A stretch of 64,000 nt of DNA, taken from assembly GCA_029061605.1 (NCBI GenBank), contig JAIDRT010000030.1, positions 1,693 through 65,692 of the forward strand. Reading direction: 5' to 3'. Positions within the stretch are counted from its first letter, which is position 1. Each line of letters begins with the position of its first letter. Below the pieces are notes generated by a model. That model searched no databases, had not been told where the DNA came from, and saw only the letters and a program-made list of their open reading frames with translations. The position numbers and the translations under genes were made by a program. Below are positions 54,601-63,420 of the stretch, piece after piece. Source of the DNA: Clostridia bacterium. Its GTDB lineage: Bacteria; Bacillota; Clostridia; Christensenellales; UBA3700.

Positions 54601-57600
54601 AGATGGCGTATATGAAGAGACTCCCAACGAGCCGTTCGACGCAGGAAAATATAGAATAAAATACGACTTCCTCAATTCGTCGTATACCAACTATAACGAC
54701 GCTTCTATCACAGTTGACGTGACTATTCGAAAGAGAGAAGTGTTTGCAACGTATATTGACGGAAACAACCAAAATTTGGTAGTTCCGTACGGAACATCTG
54801 TAGAAGAAGTTGCAGTCAAGTTGGACAGACAGATAGGTGAGGGCGGTATTATTGCATATGAGTATAGTTCAAGTTTTGCTACTTTCAGTTTTAATAGATT
54901 GGAAGAGGTTAGTCCCGGAACTTGGCGTCCTACGGATATTTGGGTGGACAAGGCAGTTGACGCAGGAAGTTATTGGATCAAAGTCGGCGTTGACTTCAGA
55001 GTTGGTACAACTTCTACCGGCTGGCAAATAAACGAGCATACTAAAGATAACTATACAGTCTTATACGATTATTATATGGTCACAATTGAAAAGAAGACCG
55101 TATATATTGATATAAGCGACTATAGCAGAGAGTACGGCAGCGCTTTGCCGGAATTGATAGGCAACGCTAATGCGGCGGATAAAGTAAGGGCTTGGCAGTA
55201 TTCAAAAGATATTGGAGATGACAACTATTTCTTCCCTGGAGATAATATCGTAATTTTGCCGTACTTGAGCAATACCGATATATTCGCGTTTGCAGGAGGC
55301 GTGTATACCGTAAAGACTGATTATGACAAGGCTCATATGTCTGATATCGATCACCTTAATGATCCAGACTTAGATACCTATAACAAGGTAGACAATTATG
55401 ATATCCGCGTCAATTCAGAAGGTAAATATACAATCACTCCAAGAAAGGTCAAGATCAAGGTATATCTCAATACCAACAGCGTAGTTTACGGTGACGCTTT
55501 GCCCGGATTTGTCAGCGCGGATGTCGTCGGCGATAAGGGATTCTTTGACAACGACGGTATTCAACTTATAGAATTGTGGGACGGCGTTAAAGAGGGTAGC
55601 CCTGTCGGAAATTATTTAGTTTCTGTAAGAATAAAAGAAATGCCTAACGGTATGCATTCGAATTATGAACTCGATATTGAAGAGGCAGAGTTTGAAATAA
55701 CTCCAAAAACGCTTACGATAATTGATGCGGAAGTAGTGGGAGATAGTGACTTTAAGTTTGACGGTGAAATCCACAAGCCAAGTGTCATTCCTACGTTTGC
55801 AGAAGAAGTGGTCGGCGACGATAAGATAGAGTTTAATTACAACTACTTTGAGATAGTCGACGGAGTTATGTCCACAGAGGCGACTGAAAATCCGCAATAC
55901 GTAGGCTCTTATAGAGTATTTATTGCAGACGCGTCCAACCCGAATTATACAGTCGTGTTTGGTGAAGATTACGTGCGTGGCAACGTCGTGATGAATATCA
56001 CCAAGAGAGACGTAAAAATCGACGTATTGCCGGCATACAGAATCTATTCAGTCACCGGCTCGTTGACGCCTATTATGAGAGGAGAAATTCACGAAGAGCC
56101 GGGCTGGCACTATTATTCTAAGGAAGAAGCGGAAGCCATTTACGGCGAAGACTTCTATAAGCCTTATAAGTATGCAGAAGACACAGTAGATCAATTCGTG
56201 CAGAACGAAGAAGATCTCAAAGCCACTATGTATATCGACGAGTACTACAAAGAACTCGGCGTAAAGAACGGCGTCGTCAAGTTGAGATTTGACGGTCTTG
56301 TAAAAGACGAGACTTGCGTGGACGCCGACGGCGAGTGGATCATTGGCGAAGAGGAGAAGGACGGAGCGGTAATTCTCCACGGATATCGCAATTATAATAT
56401 TATCGTTAATTTTGGAGACTTGCACGTGCTTGGCGGAGACTTGTCAGACGTCGAGAGATACGTAAGTTTGCGCAGTTATGAGCAGGTTTACAACGGACAG
56501 GATAGATACGACGACTTTAGAGTTCTCACGTCCAATGAGAATATCGCAAATGCGCTTAAGTTCAGCATATTCAAGTACGTTGCGATCTCAAGTCTTTCTA
56601 AGACAGAAGCAGACGCTTTGGCAAGCGCTTACGGCAAGTATACTCAGACTGAAGATGACGGCGAGATTGCTTACGTGAGAGACGACGAAGCGGGAACGTA
56701 CGTGCGTAAGTTCTTCCGTAGAGTGGAGAACGGCGACTCTGTCAGCGATAAGATAGCCGACGCAGGTCAATACTTCGTGTATATCGCTCCGGCAGACGAA
56801 GAAGCAGGAATTTTTGAAGGCGTGTCCGATACGATATCCTTCACGATAAACAAGGCAGAGAGAGTAGTCTCGGCTGACGATATCAAAGTGTCTGTCAACT
56901 ACAATCAGATCAGGCTCTCAAGCAGTATTGAGGGAATGGAAGTAAGTTTCAACGGCGCAGGCTACGTCAACAGAAATACATTTGTTGACCTTAGCGCAAA
57001 TACTTCGTACGTAGTCAAAGTGAGATTTGCCGAAACTGCAAACTATAAGCAATCTCAAGAGATTACGCTCAATCTGCGCACAGGTATAGATATATCTGCT
57101 ATAAAGAGCACGCTTGCAAAATTTGACAAGATAGACTTCTCTAATATTGAGGAATTTGAGAGCAAAGTTCTTGCGTTTATAGATTCGGTATCTCAAGAAG
57201 ATATGGCGCTCATAGACCAAGCGAAGTTGGCTAAGTTGCAGGCTTCTTACGAGCAACTTCTCCGCGGAGCAAATAACGTAATAGCAGGCGCTCAAAAGGC
57301 AGGCGCAACGGCTGTGGGTAAGTCCGGTAAGACTAGCGCTACGGCTAAGACGGTTGCGCTTTCAATGAGCGGAGCAAGTTTGTTGATGGCAGGACTTATG
57401 TTCTTCGCAAAGAAAAAGAAAGACGACGAGAAAGAAGTGGCAGCCAAGAAGGCAAAGCGCGTCAACGTCAAGAAAGCAAGCAAAATCTTGGTAATGGTAG
57501 TAGCAGTCGTTCTCGTATGCTTGACGGTATTTGTTGGTTGTACGCCTAGCGGTGACAACGGCGAATTTTCTAAGGCAGATTTGTATAAGATCGCTTCCTA

Positions 57601-57988
57601 TCAGTCAGACGGACAGACCGGTAATCGCGATTTGACTATCGAAGTTTCGTCCAGCGGTATACAATTGTATAAGTACGCAAATGGCAAAGAGACTGTCGAC
57701 GATAGACTTGACGTGTCAAATATCACGTTTGGAGCAGACGGCATAGGATTTGAGTTTGACGACTTGTATTTTGAGAATGCTCAATTTAAAGTCGAAGACG
57801 GACTTGCAACGTTTGATGCGGATATCAGAGAAACTCTCGTATTTTTGGGAGTAAATAACGCCGTTAACGGCAAGGTATCCGTAACAGTCAACGTCGAAAA
57901 GAAGAGTCTCAATACCATTGACGTCAGTTACGACGTAGTCAATGCGGGTATTACGTATAACGTGTCAATATCCGTCAAGGTTAATTGA
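51647..57988 (+). CDS. Giant surface protein (2113 aa) with GLUG motifs and MBG (YGD/YDG) repeats. The C-terminus carries a TM anchor fused in frame to a lipoprotein-like module.
   Basis: Signal peptide. 'HGGLIGFLRQNQTIKNC' and 'TGGIVGWMANG'. 'VVYGDALPGF' and 'REYGSALPEL'. 'LLMAGLMFFAKKKK' is followed by 'KKASKILVMVVAVVLVCLTVFVGC' and about 150 more aa. Confidence 0.75.
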   Translation: MTQTKKKTLTVLGITLILLLVFIISFAGQNAEIASADSTSALNATQDKLGSIMSNGEVHGNISNDGTPIATAEQLRNFLKSGNGKGYLTTDINDFYWDDRRLTNTLASANMTELNGNGHTITLTATKAATSPDLPFSDFGNTSFFADTYAGTWKGTDYIDIHGGLIGFLRQNQTIKNCKFVFSGSIDDTTQTANPGTLGLIVGFSLGDIDNCSLTVNGNVKFFSDTTWTGSVTTYHQETMSKHSFAMGGYVGTLTLNARVSNSKLVLNKDLALQVQGINQNNGIGQSEFRSNYARAWTGGIVGWMANGASVFNIVTEGSGNLDARVVNPQKSQTRSFSGIVAGVSGGDGVEALDSLTGKVTTYGTINGVINKWTGSAKYYTDDTQYSPTGVNENSIPRLVVGLAGMNNNTNSNVQDIYMTQEVYSGTTFSIAFDYSVAKGTNGINKGRYYSTNILMQDVLSQADGSENYTQASDAHAYLAFAGTETSSPLWAVYDIKNDNGILWSKSVANTFTGRTDLEYYYDQATSIEDAKKFDVTHTEIPRGQNQNYLIRYTHGKAVYFTKSYVNAQDQSNPNRVVLSPVRYGAGLTAPSLNLFYDKEHTQRIRTLTEKSYWVSRSSKSNVLVRMSDAIVSPDTYESFLYLESTEGRNYSYIQFVDTTYRYVSYINDDPVFLEYKKTHPDYEPVKNGEKQIDWQQRVIQTVEPKLTSIDWGYASDINKTGDLESDPATGEIISYGKYKTMYDGDPVVFSISIPDGTLINNDTCTANYEYRMLDEYTKEYYKVDSCVNAGTYKVVVTSLSNSNYALAGAGKVEYCIDFEIERRQIGFINKITDELQDDKYYVKVAYQARDIDLANEVEIYPNQSQANASGARLVLYNVLNKDKNIIKFDYIAHGDGELNMRNVGQFEMEMSLLSGINSSNYVLPEVTKFLVEIIPAEATLSTQTSFSYPYGFLVKDRVEPSVTVTGVDGMELTFDGFTYYKEIEDGVYEETPNEPFDAGKYRIKYDFLNSSYTNYNDASITVDVTIRKREVFATYIDGNNQNLVVPYGTSVEEVAVKLDRQIGEGGIIAYEYSSSFATFSFNRLEEVSPGTWRPTDIWVDKAVDAGSYWIKVGVDFRVGTTSTGWQINEHTKDNYTVLYDYYMVTIEKKTVYIDISDYSREYGSALPELIGNANAADKVRAWQYSKDIGDDNYFFPGDNIVILPYLSNTDIFAFAGGVYTVKTDYDKAHMSDIDHLNDPDLDTYNKVDNYDIRVNSEGKYTITPRKVKIKVYLNTNSVVYGDALPGFVSADVVGDKGFFDNDGIQLIELWDGVKEGSPVGNYLVSVRIKEMPNGMHSNYELDIEEAEFEITPKTLTIIDAEVVGDSDFKFDGEIHKPSVIPTFAEEVVGDDKIEFNYNYFEIVDGVMSTEATENPQYVGSYRVFIADASNPNYTVVFGEDYVRGNVVMNITKRDVKIDVLPAYRIYSVTGSLTPIMRGEIHEEPGWHYYSKEEAEAIYGEDFYKPYKYAEDTVDQFVQNEEDLKATMYIDEYYKELGVKNGVVKLRFDGLVKDETCVDADGEWIIGEEEKDGAVILHGYRNYNIIVNFGDLHVLGGDLSDVERYVSLRSYEQVYNGQDRYDDFRVLTSNENIANALKFSIFKYVAISSLSKTEADALASAYGKYTQTEDDGEIAYVRDDEAGTYVRKFFRRVENGDSVSDKIADAGQYFVYIAPADEEAGIFEGVSDTISFTINKAERVVSADDIKVSVNYNQIRLSSSIEGMEVSFNGAGYVNRNTFVDLSANTSYVVKVRFAETANYKQSQEITLNLRTGIDISAIKSTLAKFDKIDFSNIEEFESKVLAFIDSVSQEDMALIDQAKLAKLQASYEQLLRGANNVIAGAQKAGATAVGKSGKTSATAKTVALSMSGASLLMAGLMFFAKKKKDDEKEVAAKKAKRVNVKKASKILVMVVAVVLVCLTVFVGCTPSGDNGEFSKADLYKIASYQSDGQTGNRDLTIEVSSSGIQLYKYANGKETVDDRLDVSNITFGADGIGFEFDDLYFENAQFKVEDGLATFDADIRETLVFLGVNNAVNGKVSVTVNVEKKSLNTIDVSYDVVNAGITYNVSISVKVN

Positions 57989-58029
57989 TTTTAAAGTTTT
58001 GGATATGAGAGGTGTCCAATATATAAATG

Positions 58030-58064
58030 GACCGACGCAAATTTGATCGCGCCGGTCTTTTTTA
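58030..58064 (+). terminator. Intrinsic terminator of the giant-protein operon
   Basis: GACCGACGC / GCGCCGGTC stem with one mismatch, followed by TTTTTT. Confidence 0.65.
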
Positions 58065-58171
58065 TATGCAAGACGGATCGTTGAGAGGCAAAGTGGCTTC
58101 TTCACTTGCAAATTGATGACCTATAATCTATAATGAATATATATTTACCTTTGATAAGAAAGGAGAGCGGT

Positions 58172-59335
58172 ATGGACGATATATTAATAATCGGCGGCGG
58201 AGCAAGCGGACTTATGTGCGCATATCTACTTGCTAAGAATGGAAAAAGCGTTACGGTATTGGAAAAGAACGACCGCGTTGGTAAAAAGTTGCTTGCCACC
58301 GGTAACGGAAAGTGCAATTTGACAAATACAAACGTCACGCTTCAAGATTATAATACAACTCTTATCAAAGATATATTAGACGAGTTTACGCCCCAAAGAG
58401 TTATTGAGGAGTTTGCTCAAATGGGGCTCTTGACAAAAGCCGACGCTGAGGGCAGAGTTTATCCTTACAGCGAAAGCGCCACTACAGTGCTCAACGTACT
58501 GTTGCGCAGACTTGACGAATTTGGCGTTAAAATCGTTTGCGACGCTCGCGTTGACAAGATAATACCAGTTGACGGAAAATGGAAGGCGGTTACTTCAAAA
58601 GACGAATATACAGGCGATAAAGTAATATTTGCCTGCGGCAGCAACGCAACGAGCGGGCTTGACAGCCTCGGCTTGATGAGCAGTCTCGGACATTGCATAA
58701 TACCTTTTAAATACGCTATCGCTCCGCTTACGTGCAACGGCGTCAAAGGCGCTAACGGCGTTCGCGCAAAAGTATACGCAACTTTGTTTATCAACGGCAA
58801 AGAGACAATGGGCGAGCGCGGAGAATTTTTATTCAAGGATGACGCGCTGTCAGGAATACTTGCCTTTAGGCTTTCTTCTGCGCTTGCAAGATATGGCGAT
58901 AAGGTTGAGAGTTGCAAAGTGACGGTGGACTTTGTGCCCGATATGCAACAGGATCAACTTGCAGAATTTATATACTCAAATTGCAGCGTTTATTCGCCTC
59001 TCGAAGGAATACTTCACAAGGCTATTGCGCAAAACGTCGTATCGCGTACACCTATGGACAGGTCGTGGATAATGTCGCGCAAAAAAGCCAACGATATTGC
59101 AAAAGCGTGCAAGGCATATGACGTAACTATTCTTGGAGTTGGCTCAAGAGCCAACGCGCAAGTCGCGTGCGGAGGAGTTGCGCTTGAGGAACTTGACGCG
59201 CGTACTTTGCAGTCTAGATTGCACGGCGGACTTTATTGCGTAGGCGAAAGCGTCGACGTGGACGGACTTTGCGGAGGTTGCAATCTTCATTGGGCTTGGG
59301 CAAGCGCAATGGCGGTGAGCAAGGACTTGATATGA
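58172..59335 (+). CDS. NAD(P)/FAD-dependent oxidoreductase, HI0933/BaiN family
   Basis: ATG 58172 lies behind AAGGAGAG. 'IIGGGASGL', 'ATGNGKCNLTN', and C-terminal 'GESVDVDGLCGGCNLHWAWAS'. Confidence 0.8.
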   Translation: MDDILIIGGGASGLMCAYLLAKNGKSVTVLEKNDRVGKKLLATGNGKCNLTNTNVTLQDYNTTLIKDILDEFTPQRVIEEFAQMGLLTKADAEGRVYPYSESATTVLNVLLRRLDEFGVKIVCDARVDKIIPVDGKWKAVTSKDEYTGDKVIFACGSNATSGLDSLGLMSSLGHCIIPFKYAIAPLTCNGVKGANGVRAKVYATLFINGKETMGERGEFLFKDDALSGILAFRLSSALARYGDKVESCKVTVDFVPDMQQDQLAEFIYSNCSVYSPLEGILHKAIAQNVVSRTPMDRSWIMSRKKANDIAKACKAYDVTILGVGSRANAQVACGGVALEELDARTLQSRLHGGLYCVGESVDVDGLCGGCNLHWAWASAMAVSKDLI

Positions 59336-60924
59336 TTAGAGTAGATCAGATAAAACTTCCTATAGATCACTGCGACAGCGACGTCAAAAAAGGCGTCGCC
59401 AAGGCGCTTGGCGTAAGCGGCGGAGATATCAAAAGTTTTGAGATAATCAAAAAGTCAATCGACAGCAGAGATAAGAGCCGTATCAGGTACGTTCTCAGCG
59501 TTGCGGCTGCGTTGGATTGTGAAAAGAGATATCTGGAAAGACATCCCAACGCAAAGGCGTATACTCCGCCTGCGCGGCAAATCGAGAGCATACTGCCAAA
59601 GGATATACCTGCGCCTTCAAAAAGACCGGTGATCGTGGGATTGGGACCCGCAGGGCTTTTTGCCGGATTGACGCTTGCAAAGGCAGGTCTAAAGCCTATA
59701 ATCATTGAGAGAGGCAAAAGCGTTGACGAAAGAGAAAAGAGCGTCAGTGATTTTTTAGAGACTTGCGTACTTGATACGCAAAGCAATTTGCAGTTTGGAG
59801 AGGGCGGAGCAGGTACGTTTTCAGACGGAAAACTCAACACAGGGACAGGTTCTGCGCTTATAAGCGTAGTTTTTGGCGAATTTGTCAAGTTTGGCGCGCC
59901 TCAGCAAATACTATACGACGCAAAACCGCACGTGGGTACGGACAAATTGAGGAACGTCATCAAAAATATGCGCAATGAGATACTTTCCCTCGGTGGAGAA
60001 GTTTATTTTGACAGCCGGCTAGTTGACGTCAAGACAAATGGTAACAAACTCGTTGCGGCGGTTGTTGATACAAAAGATAAAGGACGTTGGAGTGTGGATT
60101 GCGACTGTTGCATACTTGCGATAGGACATAGCGCAAGAGATACTTTTGAGATGCTTGTCTCAAAGGTGGCGATAGAACAAAAGCCTTTTTCTGTCGGCGT
60201 GCGTATAGAACACCTTCAAAGCGCGATAGATAGGGGACAATACGGCGAGCAAAAGGGGCTTCCGCCGGCAAACTATTCTCTCTCCTGTCATCTTGACAAC
60301 GGTAGGTCGTGCTATACTTTCTGTATGTGTCCAGGGGGTTACGTGATGCCTGCGACTTCGGAGGAGAATGCCGTCGTTACCAACGGTATGAGTTATTACG
60401 CTCGCGACGGCGTCAACGCCAACAGCGCTTTGCTAGTTGGAGTGCAACCTCAGGACTTTGCTTCTGCCCACCCTTTGGCAGGAGTGGAATTTCAACGCAA
60501 ATACGAAAGACTTGCTTATTCGCTGTCGGGTACATATAAGGCGCCTTGCCAAAGATACGAAGACTTGGCAAAAGGCAGAGAAAGTAAAGGCTTCGGACAG
60601 GTATTGCCGACATATCCAATAGGAGTATCGCAAGCCGACTTGAGGGCGTGTCTGCCAAATTACGTGACGGACAGTATAGTGGAAGCGGTAAAAGTCTTTG
60701 ACAGAAAACTCAAAGGTTTTGCTGACGGCGACGCGCTGTTGACCGGTGTGGAGAGCCGCTCTTCAAGTCCAATAAGAATAATTCGCAATGAGATGGGGGA
60801 CAGTTCTATAGAGGGACTTATGCCTTGCGGCGAGGGCGCAGGGTATGCCGGAGGCATTACTTCTGCCAGCGTAGACGGCATCAATATTGCACTCAAATAT
60901 ATAAGCAAGATATACAGTCAATGA
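59332..60924 (+). CDS. FAD-dependent dehydrogenase (COG2509-like)
   Basis: ATGA overlap with the upstream stop. 'VIVGLGPAGLFAGL' dinucleotide fold. 'CPGGYV', and 'GEGAGYAGGITSASVDG' at the C-terminus. Confidence 0.75.
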   Translation: MIRVDQIKLPIDHCDSDVKKGVAKALGVSGGDIKSFEIIKKSIDSRDKSRIRYVLSVAAALDCEKRYLERHPNAKAYTPPARQIESILPKDIPAPSKRPVIVGLGPAGLFAGLTLAKAGLKPIIIERGKSVDEREKSVSDFLETCVLDTQSNLQFGEGGAGTFSDGKLNTGTGSALISVVFGEFVKFGAPQQILYDAKPHVGTDKLRNVIKNMRNEILSLGGEVYFDSRLVDVKTNGNKLVAAVVDTKDKGRWSVDCDCCILAIGHSARDTFEMLVSKVAIEQKPFSVGVRIEHLQSAIDRGQYGEQKGLPPANYSLSCHLDNGRSCYTFCMCPGGYVMPATSEENAVVTNGMSYYARDGVNANSALLVGVQPQDFASAHPLAGVEFQRKYERLAYSLSGTYKAPCQRYEDLAKGRESKGFGQVLPTYPIGVSQADLRACLPNYVTDSIVEAVKVFDRKLKGFADGDALLTGVESRSSSPIRIIRNEMGDSSIEGLMPCGEGAGYAGGITSASVDGINIALKYISKIYSQ

Positions 60925-61102
60925 TTTTTAAGTCGAAAAGCAATGAAAATCATAGATATTTTTGGCTTTTGTTATAATATATAATATATTTAAATAATTG
61001 TAATTTGCTTTTTGGTATGTTATAATATAAAAACGGAGATATGGGAATAATCATTATACGCCATTCTTCGTTATAAACAGAGTAATTTGTTATGAGGTTA
61101 AT

Positions 61103-62770
61103 ATGACAAACAAGACAAGACAAATAATCGTTGTGGTCGCGGTATTCGCAATTGCGCTTGCATCGCTGGGTACGGTGATCGGACTATTGGTCAACACCGG
61201 ACAGATGTCAGAATATTCAGACGGTTTTAGATACGATCTCAACGGTTCAAGAGCAACTATCGTTGGTTATGAGGGTAGCGATACGGACGTAGTAGTGCCG
61301 GACAGAGTTAAAGGTAACAGAGTTGTTGGAATTGAAAGAGACGCTTTCAAGGATTTGGCAGGCTCAATCAAATCTATTAAATTCAACTGTACCTACTCTT
61401 CTTTTGAAATAGCAAGCGAGGCGTTTAAGGATATGACCGCGCTTGAAAAAGTCGTATTGCCAGCCAATATAAAAGAGATTTCCGACGGCGCGTTTAGAGG
61501 TTGCACTTCGCTCAAGAGTGTAATTATGCCAAGCGGAGTTACGTATATAGGCAACAATGCATTCAAAGGCTGTACGTCATTGAACTTTATTTACAACAGC
61601 GAGAATTATTCCACCGAGGGAGACGGCGCAATCAAGAGCGACGCAGTATATTTACCTCAATCATTGCTAGAAATAGGCTCTTATGCATTTGACGGTTGTA
61701 TTGCAATAGTAGAAATGCATTTGGCAAAAGACTTGGAAAAGATAGGCAGTTATGCTTTTAACGCTTGCACAAGACTTAGCGATCTTGAAGTCGAAGCAGA
61801 CATAGAAGTGACTAGCATAGGCGAGTGGGCTTTTTACAACACTATGCTTAGTTCGACCGAGTCAAATAAACTTTCTTTCCCAAATCTCGTTTCAATAGGC
61901 GAAAACGCATTTAAGAGCGTCAAGACCAACTTCTCATATTTTGCTTTGCCTAAGTCAATAAAGAGCATAGGCGCAAACGCATTTGCAGAATGTACTTCTA
62001 TGAGCAAGTTTGCAATAGCAGAGGACGCCCAACTCGAGACTATGGGCGAGGGCGTATTTGAGGGCTGTACGCAGTTGACTAGCGTAACTTTGCCTACGGA
62101 AATCAAAGAGATACCAGCAAAAACCTTTATGGGTTGCTATAGACTTTTGTATAACAACGACTTTGTGATAGGCAAGAGCGTTGAGAGTATCGGCGAAGGC
62201 GCGTTTGCGATCTACACAGGCAGAGGTACCAACGTAAACGTCACGACTTATTCAACACACGTATTAAAAGTCGACGAGGAAAACGAAAACTTTGTTATCA
62301 CAAGACTTGAAGACAACAGAAGAGACGGCAATACCACTTCGACGTATCAGCAAGGTTTGCTCACTGACGCAGACGGCGCGACGGTATACGCTTATTACGG
62401 CTCTTACGACTCGTCGTCGACGAATACTATGGGCAGAACGTTCAGATTCTTGGACGTAGAGGGCAACTTCTTGACGAGCATAACGTCAATAAAGGCGTAC
62501 GCTTTTGCAGGAGTGGATTTTGAGTATATCCAACTTCCTACGACCATAAAGGATGTGGGCGACTATATCTTCTTTGGAAGCAAGATCACCGCGTGCTATA
62601 CTTCGGCAGTACCTTGGGAATTGACTAAGTTTTCATTCAGCAAGACCGTTGACGGAGATCCGGAAATCGAGGTATTGCTCCTCAAAAATACCGCAGGCGT
62701 AGAAGACTTTATGCGTACGCTTGGAGAATACGGTATTGAGGCAAGAACGTATAGCGGCACTTTGCAGTAA
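61103..62770 (+). CDS. BspA-type leucine-rich-repeat surface protein
   Basis: N-terminal TM/signal segment. More than 10 repeats of the pattern 'I..I...AF..C..L..V.LP'. Confidence 0.75.
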   Translation: MTNKTRQIIVVVAVFAIALASLGTVIGLLVNTGQMSEYSDGFRYDLNGSRATIVGYEGSDTDVVVPDRVKGNRVVGIERDAFKDLAGSIKSIKFNCTYSSFEIASEAFKDMTALEKVVLPANIKEISDGAFRGCTSLKSVIMPSGVTYIGNNAFKGCTSLNFIYNSENYSTEGDGAIKSDAVYLPQSLLEIGSYAFDGCIAIVEMHLAKDLEKIGSYAFNACTRLSDLEVEADIEVTSIGEWAFYNTMLSSTESNKLSFPNLVSIGENAFKSVKTNFSYFALPKSIKSIGANAFAECTSMSKFAIAEDAQLETMGEGVFEGCTQLTSVTLPTEIKEIPAKTFMGCYRLLYNNDFVIGKSVESIGEGAFAIYTGRGTNVNVTTYSTHVLKVDEENENFVITRLEDNRRDGNTTSTYQQGLLTDADGATVYAYYGSYDSSSTNTMGRTFRFLDVEGNFLTSITSIKAYAFAGVDFEYIQLPTTIKDVGDYIFFGSKITACYTSAVPWELTKFSFSKTVDGDPEIEVLLLKNTAGVEDFMRTLGEYGIEARTYSGTLQ

Positions 62771-62794
62771 TACCCATATGCAAAAATAACTTTA

Positions 62795-62825
62795 ATGCGC
62801 CTTTGGATAAAGGGCGCATTTTTGC
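62795..62825. terminator. Intrinsic terminator nested in a 12-bp outer palindrome
   Basis: ATGCGCC / GGCGCAT stem followed by TTTTT. Outer arms ATATGCAAAAAT / ATTTTTGCATAT. Confidence 0.65.
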
Positions 62826-62894
62826 ATATCAATGATATTTTAACGGCTGTGGATAAAACGGTTTGCTTTGCTTATACTATGCTCGGAGGTCAAT

Positions 62895-63419
62895 ATGAAA
62901 GAGACAGGTATAGTAAGAAGAATTGACGAATTGGGAAGAGTGGTCATCCCAAAAGAATTGAGAAAGGTGCTCAAGTTGAAAGAGGGCGAACTTCTCGAAA
63001 TATTCACAAACGAAAGCGGTGAATTGGTGTTCAAGAAATACAACGAAGTCGGCGCTACGCCTGAACAACTTGACGCCATAAGCAAGGTGCTTTACAAGAA
63101 TACAGGCAAGGAAGTCGCAATTTGCGACACCAGCAGTATACTTGCGCACGTTGGCGGTAAAGAAGGCTTGCAGGGCGAAGATATAAGCGACGAACTTTAC
63201 GGCGTGCTTGACGACAGAAAGTCTCGACTTATCAAGGACAGAAGCGTGCGACTTGTCGACGATATGCAAGTCAACAAAAACGGCGAACAGTATATTGTTC
63301 CGCTCATCAGCAGCGGCGACTTGTACGGAGGTATTATCCTTTCGGCAGAAAAACTCGGTGCGGTAGATATGGCGCTTTGCGACGCAATGGCTGGTTATCT
63401 GACGTACAATATCGGGTAA
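62895..63419 (+). CDS. spoVT: Stage V sporulation protein T (AbrB-type swapped-hairpin N-domain plus GAF-like C-domain)
   Basis: ATG 62895 lies behind GGAGG. 'TGIVRRIDELGRVVIPKELRKVLKLKEGELLEIF' is the canonical SpoVT/AbrB N-terminus. 174 aa. Confidence 0.85.
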   Translation: MKETGIVRRIDELGRVVIPKELRKVLKLKEGELLEIFTNESGELVFKKYNEVGATPEQLDAISKVLYKNTGKEVAICDTSSILAHVGGKEGLQGEDISDELYGVLDDRKSRLIKDRSVRLVDDMQVNKNGEQYIVPLISSGDLYGGIILSAEKLGAVDMALCDAMAGYLTYNIG

Positions 63420-63420
63420 T

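Noticed and set aside
38015-57988. Many 60-265-aa minus-strand or off-frame ORFs inside the three giant genes (for example 41410-42033, 44507-45232, 45236-45886, 49364-50086 and 53567-54364).
   Set aside because: All are embedded in long, continuous, well-supported + strand reading frames. Their compositions are typical of antisense artefacts.
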